Positions 62,401-64,000 of a stretch of 64,000 nt of DNA are shown here, one piece after another. Each line of letters starts with the position of its first letter. Position 1 is the first letter of the stretch. The DNA is from Tubiluchus corallicola. Its lineage: Eukaryota; Animalia; Priapulida. The notes under the pieces are model-generated. The model was not told where the DNA came from. It made no database searches and saw nothing but the letters and a program-made list of their open reading frames with translations. The stretch covers positions 1-64,000 of the forward strand of contig JAQGDQ010000539.1 of the NCBI GenBank assembly GCA_030141605.1, read 5' to 3'. The position numbers and the translations under genes are program-made.

Positions 62401-62897
62401 ATATCAAGTTGGTCCCATGTCCTCTGGGCTGATAGCTTCACATATTTGGGAATCAGTATTCGGCAGAAACACTGCCCGCCGTAACACTCGTTCTACAACC
62501 AAAATGAAGAATTTTTTATTGAAACCAAAAAGTTTACAAAGATTACATAACACTTACAGAGAGCAATGAACAGTTCTAGTTTTGAAAGTTATAAATTTAT
62601 AGCAGTTCTATTTTCAGCATTATAAATCTGCAGCATTTTAAAATCTTGAACTTTTAAATGCTTAAAGGCTCGAAGGGTTGGCTCCTTCCGGGCCGGATTC
62701 AACAGGCGTTCTTCAACATTGGAGACTTCTGGAGTTCGAGTACGTGCGTCGCGGTTGCAAGGTGGGTGTTCCTCAACGAGATGACTGAAGCAGGTCTGCA
62801 GACTCTGTAAGGAATGCACCAACCAACGTAGCACCGTTGTTCCTTTTCTTTGAGATGATAGCAGAGATCGGGAAGCTCGTTGCGTCTCAAGTTTACT

Positions 62898-62931
62898 ACC
62901 TACTTCAGGTACCTCTTTTCTTGTCCTTTAA
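62898..62931 (-). mobile_element. Isolated terminus of the Kolobok-like MITE family
   Basis: Reverse complement TTAAAGGACAAGAAAAGAGGTACCTGAAGTAGGT vs 19285 TTAAAGGACAAGAAAATGGGCGCCTGAAGTAGGT (30/34 identical). Confidence 0.7.
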
Positions 62932-62959
62932 GTAAGTTCTGCAGGGGTGTGAAAATATT

Positions 62960-63030
62960 GCACGCTGATTGGGCAGCCAACAAGAATAACTGATGTTGCT
63001 TGACGTCAATTGCAAGAGCAATTGACGTTT
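62960..63030 (+). promoter_or_regulatory. Putative CRE/CCAAT promoter
   Basis: GATTGG at 62967, perfect palindrome TTGACGTCAA at 63000-63009, and a second TGACG half-site at 63023, about 400 bp upstream of a signal-peptide exon. Confidence 0.45.
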
Positions 63031-63426
63031 GTAACTTGCGCCATCTCGTAACTGTTAGATCACCTATACAATTTTACAGATACAAAGCTATACATTTAGC
63101 TGAGCTAAAACGACCATCAGAGGGCTTCATTTTCCGTGTGGATTCAGTTGCTATGACGACCCTGCTGACGCATCTGATCGATAGTTCATTGATGATGTTC
63201 TTCTAGCTTCAAGTATCGTCTAACGTCCACGGGTCCACGCATTAAATGCCAGGCGGGAAGCCATATTAGGATATAGAGGTATACTGTGTGAGAAACATTC
63301 ATAAATTCTTGCATTTTTATGCGTTTGTTCTGCACGCACAGAAAATAGAAGCATCACAGCAGTAATTTTAATAAACCATTTTGGGTTTTTTGTCAGAAAA
63401 GACTGGCATTTGTTAAAACGGGCGTG

Positions 63427-63567
63427 ATGTGCCATACCGTATGGCAGGCAGTTTTTATCGTTAGTGCTGTCAGTATTACCAGTGTGGCTTTAGCTAATCC
63501 ATTGGATTACCAGTATGATGACGAAGTATTGAAGCTACTGCAAGACGTTTTTTATAATGGCGACCGG
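63427..63567 (+). CDS. First coding exon of a secreted protein (possible neuropeptide/prohormone precursor); gene continues beyond the window
   Basis: MCHTVWQAVFIVSAVSITSVALA-NPLDYQYDDEVLKLLQDVFYNGDR followed by a consensus donor G|GTAAGT. Confidence 0.65.
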
Positions 63568-64000
63568 GTAAGTGTAAAGTTTGATTTTTTTACATATTTT
63601 AGATACTTTACAATAAGGCTCATTGTTCGAATCAAGCCTACTAGAAATTCTCTCTTCGGCCAAAGAAATTGACTTTTTAGATTTAAATGTCAGATGTTAT
63701 TGAAAATTAATGAAGTGCTGAAAAAACGTGAACTTCATTTAAAACACATTAGCTTTACAATCAGTTTATTAGATATCCATGCGCAAGAGGTTATAAGAGG
63801 CCCCGTATGTGATGAACAGTGGTCATGGTTTTGGTCTTGCAACCCAAAGCTTGCTGATTCAAATGTATGCTTACCAGGAACATTTTTTCGTTGCCCTCTT
63901 TTTAATTAAACATCGCTTCAAAAATTTAAAATAGTGGGTTTATTCTGTTACTAACCAATGTGCTTGACTGTGACTAGGATTATTAATTAATGGCACTCTA

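Overview
Eukaryotic, AT-rich, intron-rich invertebrate genomic DNA (DENR and PERK sequences look protostome/arthropod-like; the taxon cannot be fixed from this window). 1-14.3 kb is a satellite array of about 32 monomers (mostly 428-457 bp) with a recurring 429+455 dimer, fading into a diverged edge at about 15.15 kb. The monomer hides a 33-nt sub-repeat that reads on the minus strand as an 11-aa motif (xSxxNLKHLxR) with synonymous codon variation. About 3 kb further on starts a complete 18-exon PERK/EIF2AK3 gene (18077-40164, about 1029 aa, all splice phases checked by hand). Its proximal promoter has a UPRE, a CCAAT box and a CTCF-like site, and an out-of-frame uORF overlaps its start codon. 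Its introns hold a TTAA-flanked Kolobok-like MITE, an RTE remnant and a solo LTR with a 5-bp TSD. Downstream are a decayed full-length Mag-type Gypsy element with 80-bp LTRs, two inverted clusters of head-to-tail non-autonomous Helitron-like units, a young 5'-truncated RTE LINE with a 10-bp TSD, an intronless DENR CDS, and the first coding exon of a secreted protein behind a CRE/CCAAT promoter. No database searches were possible, so family calls rest on motifs read directly from the sequence.
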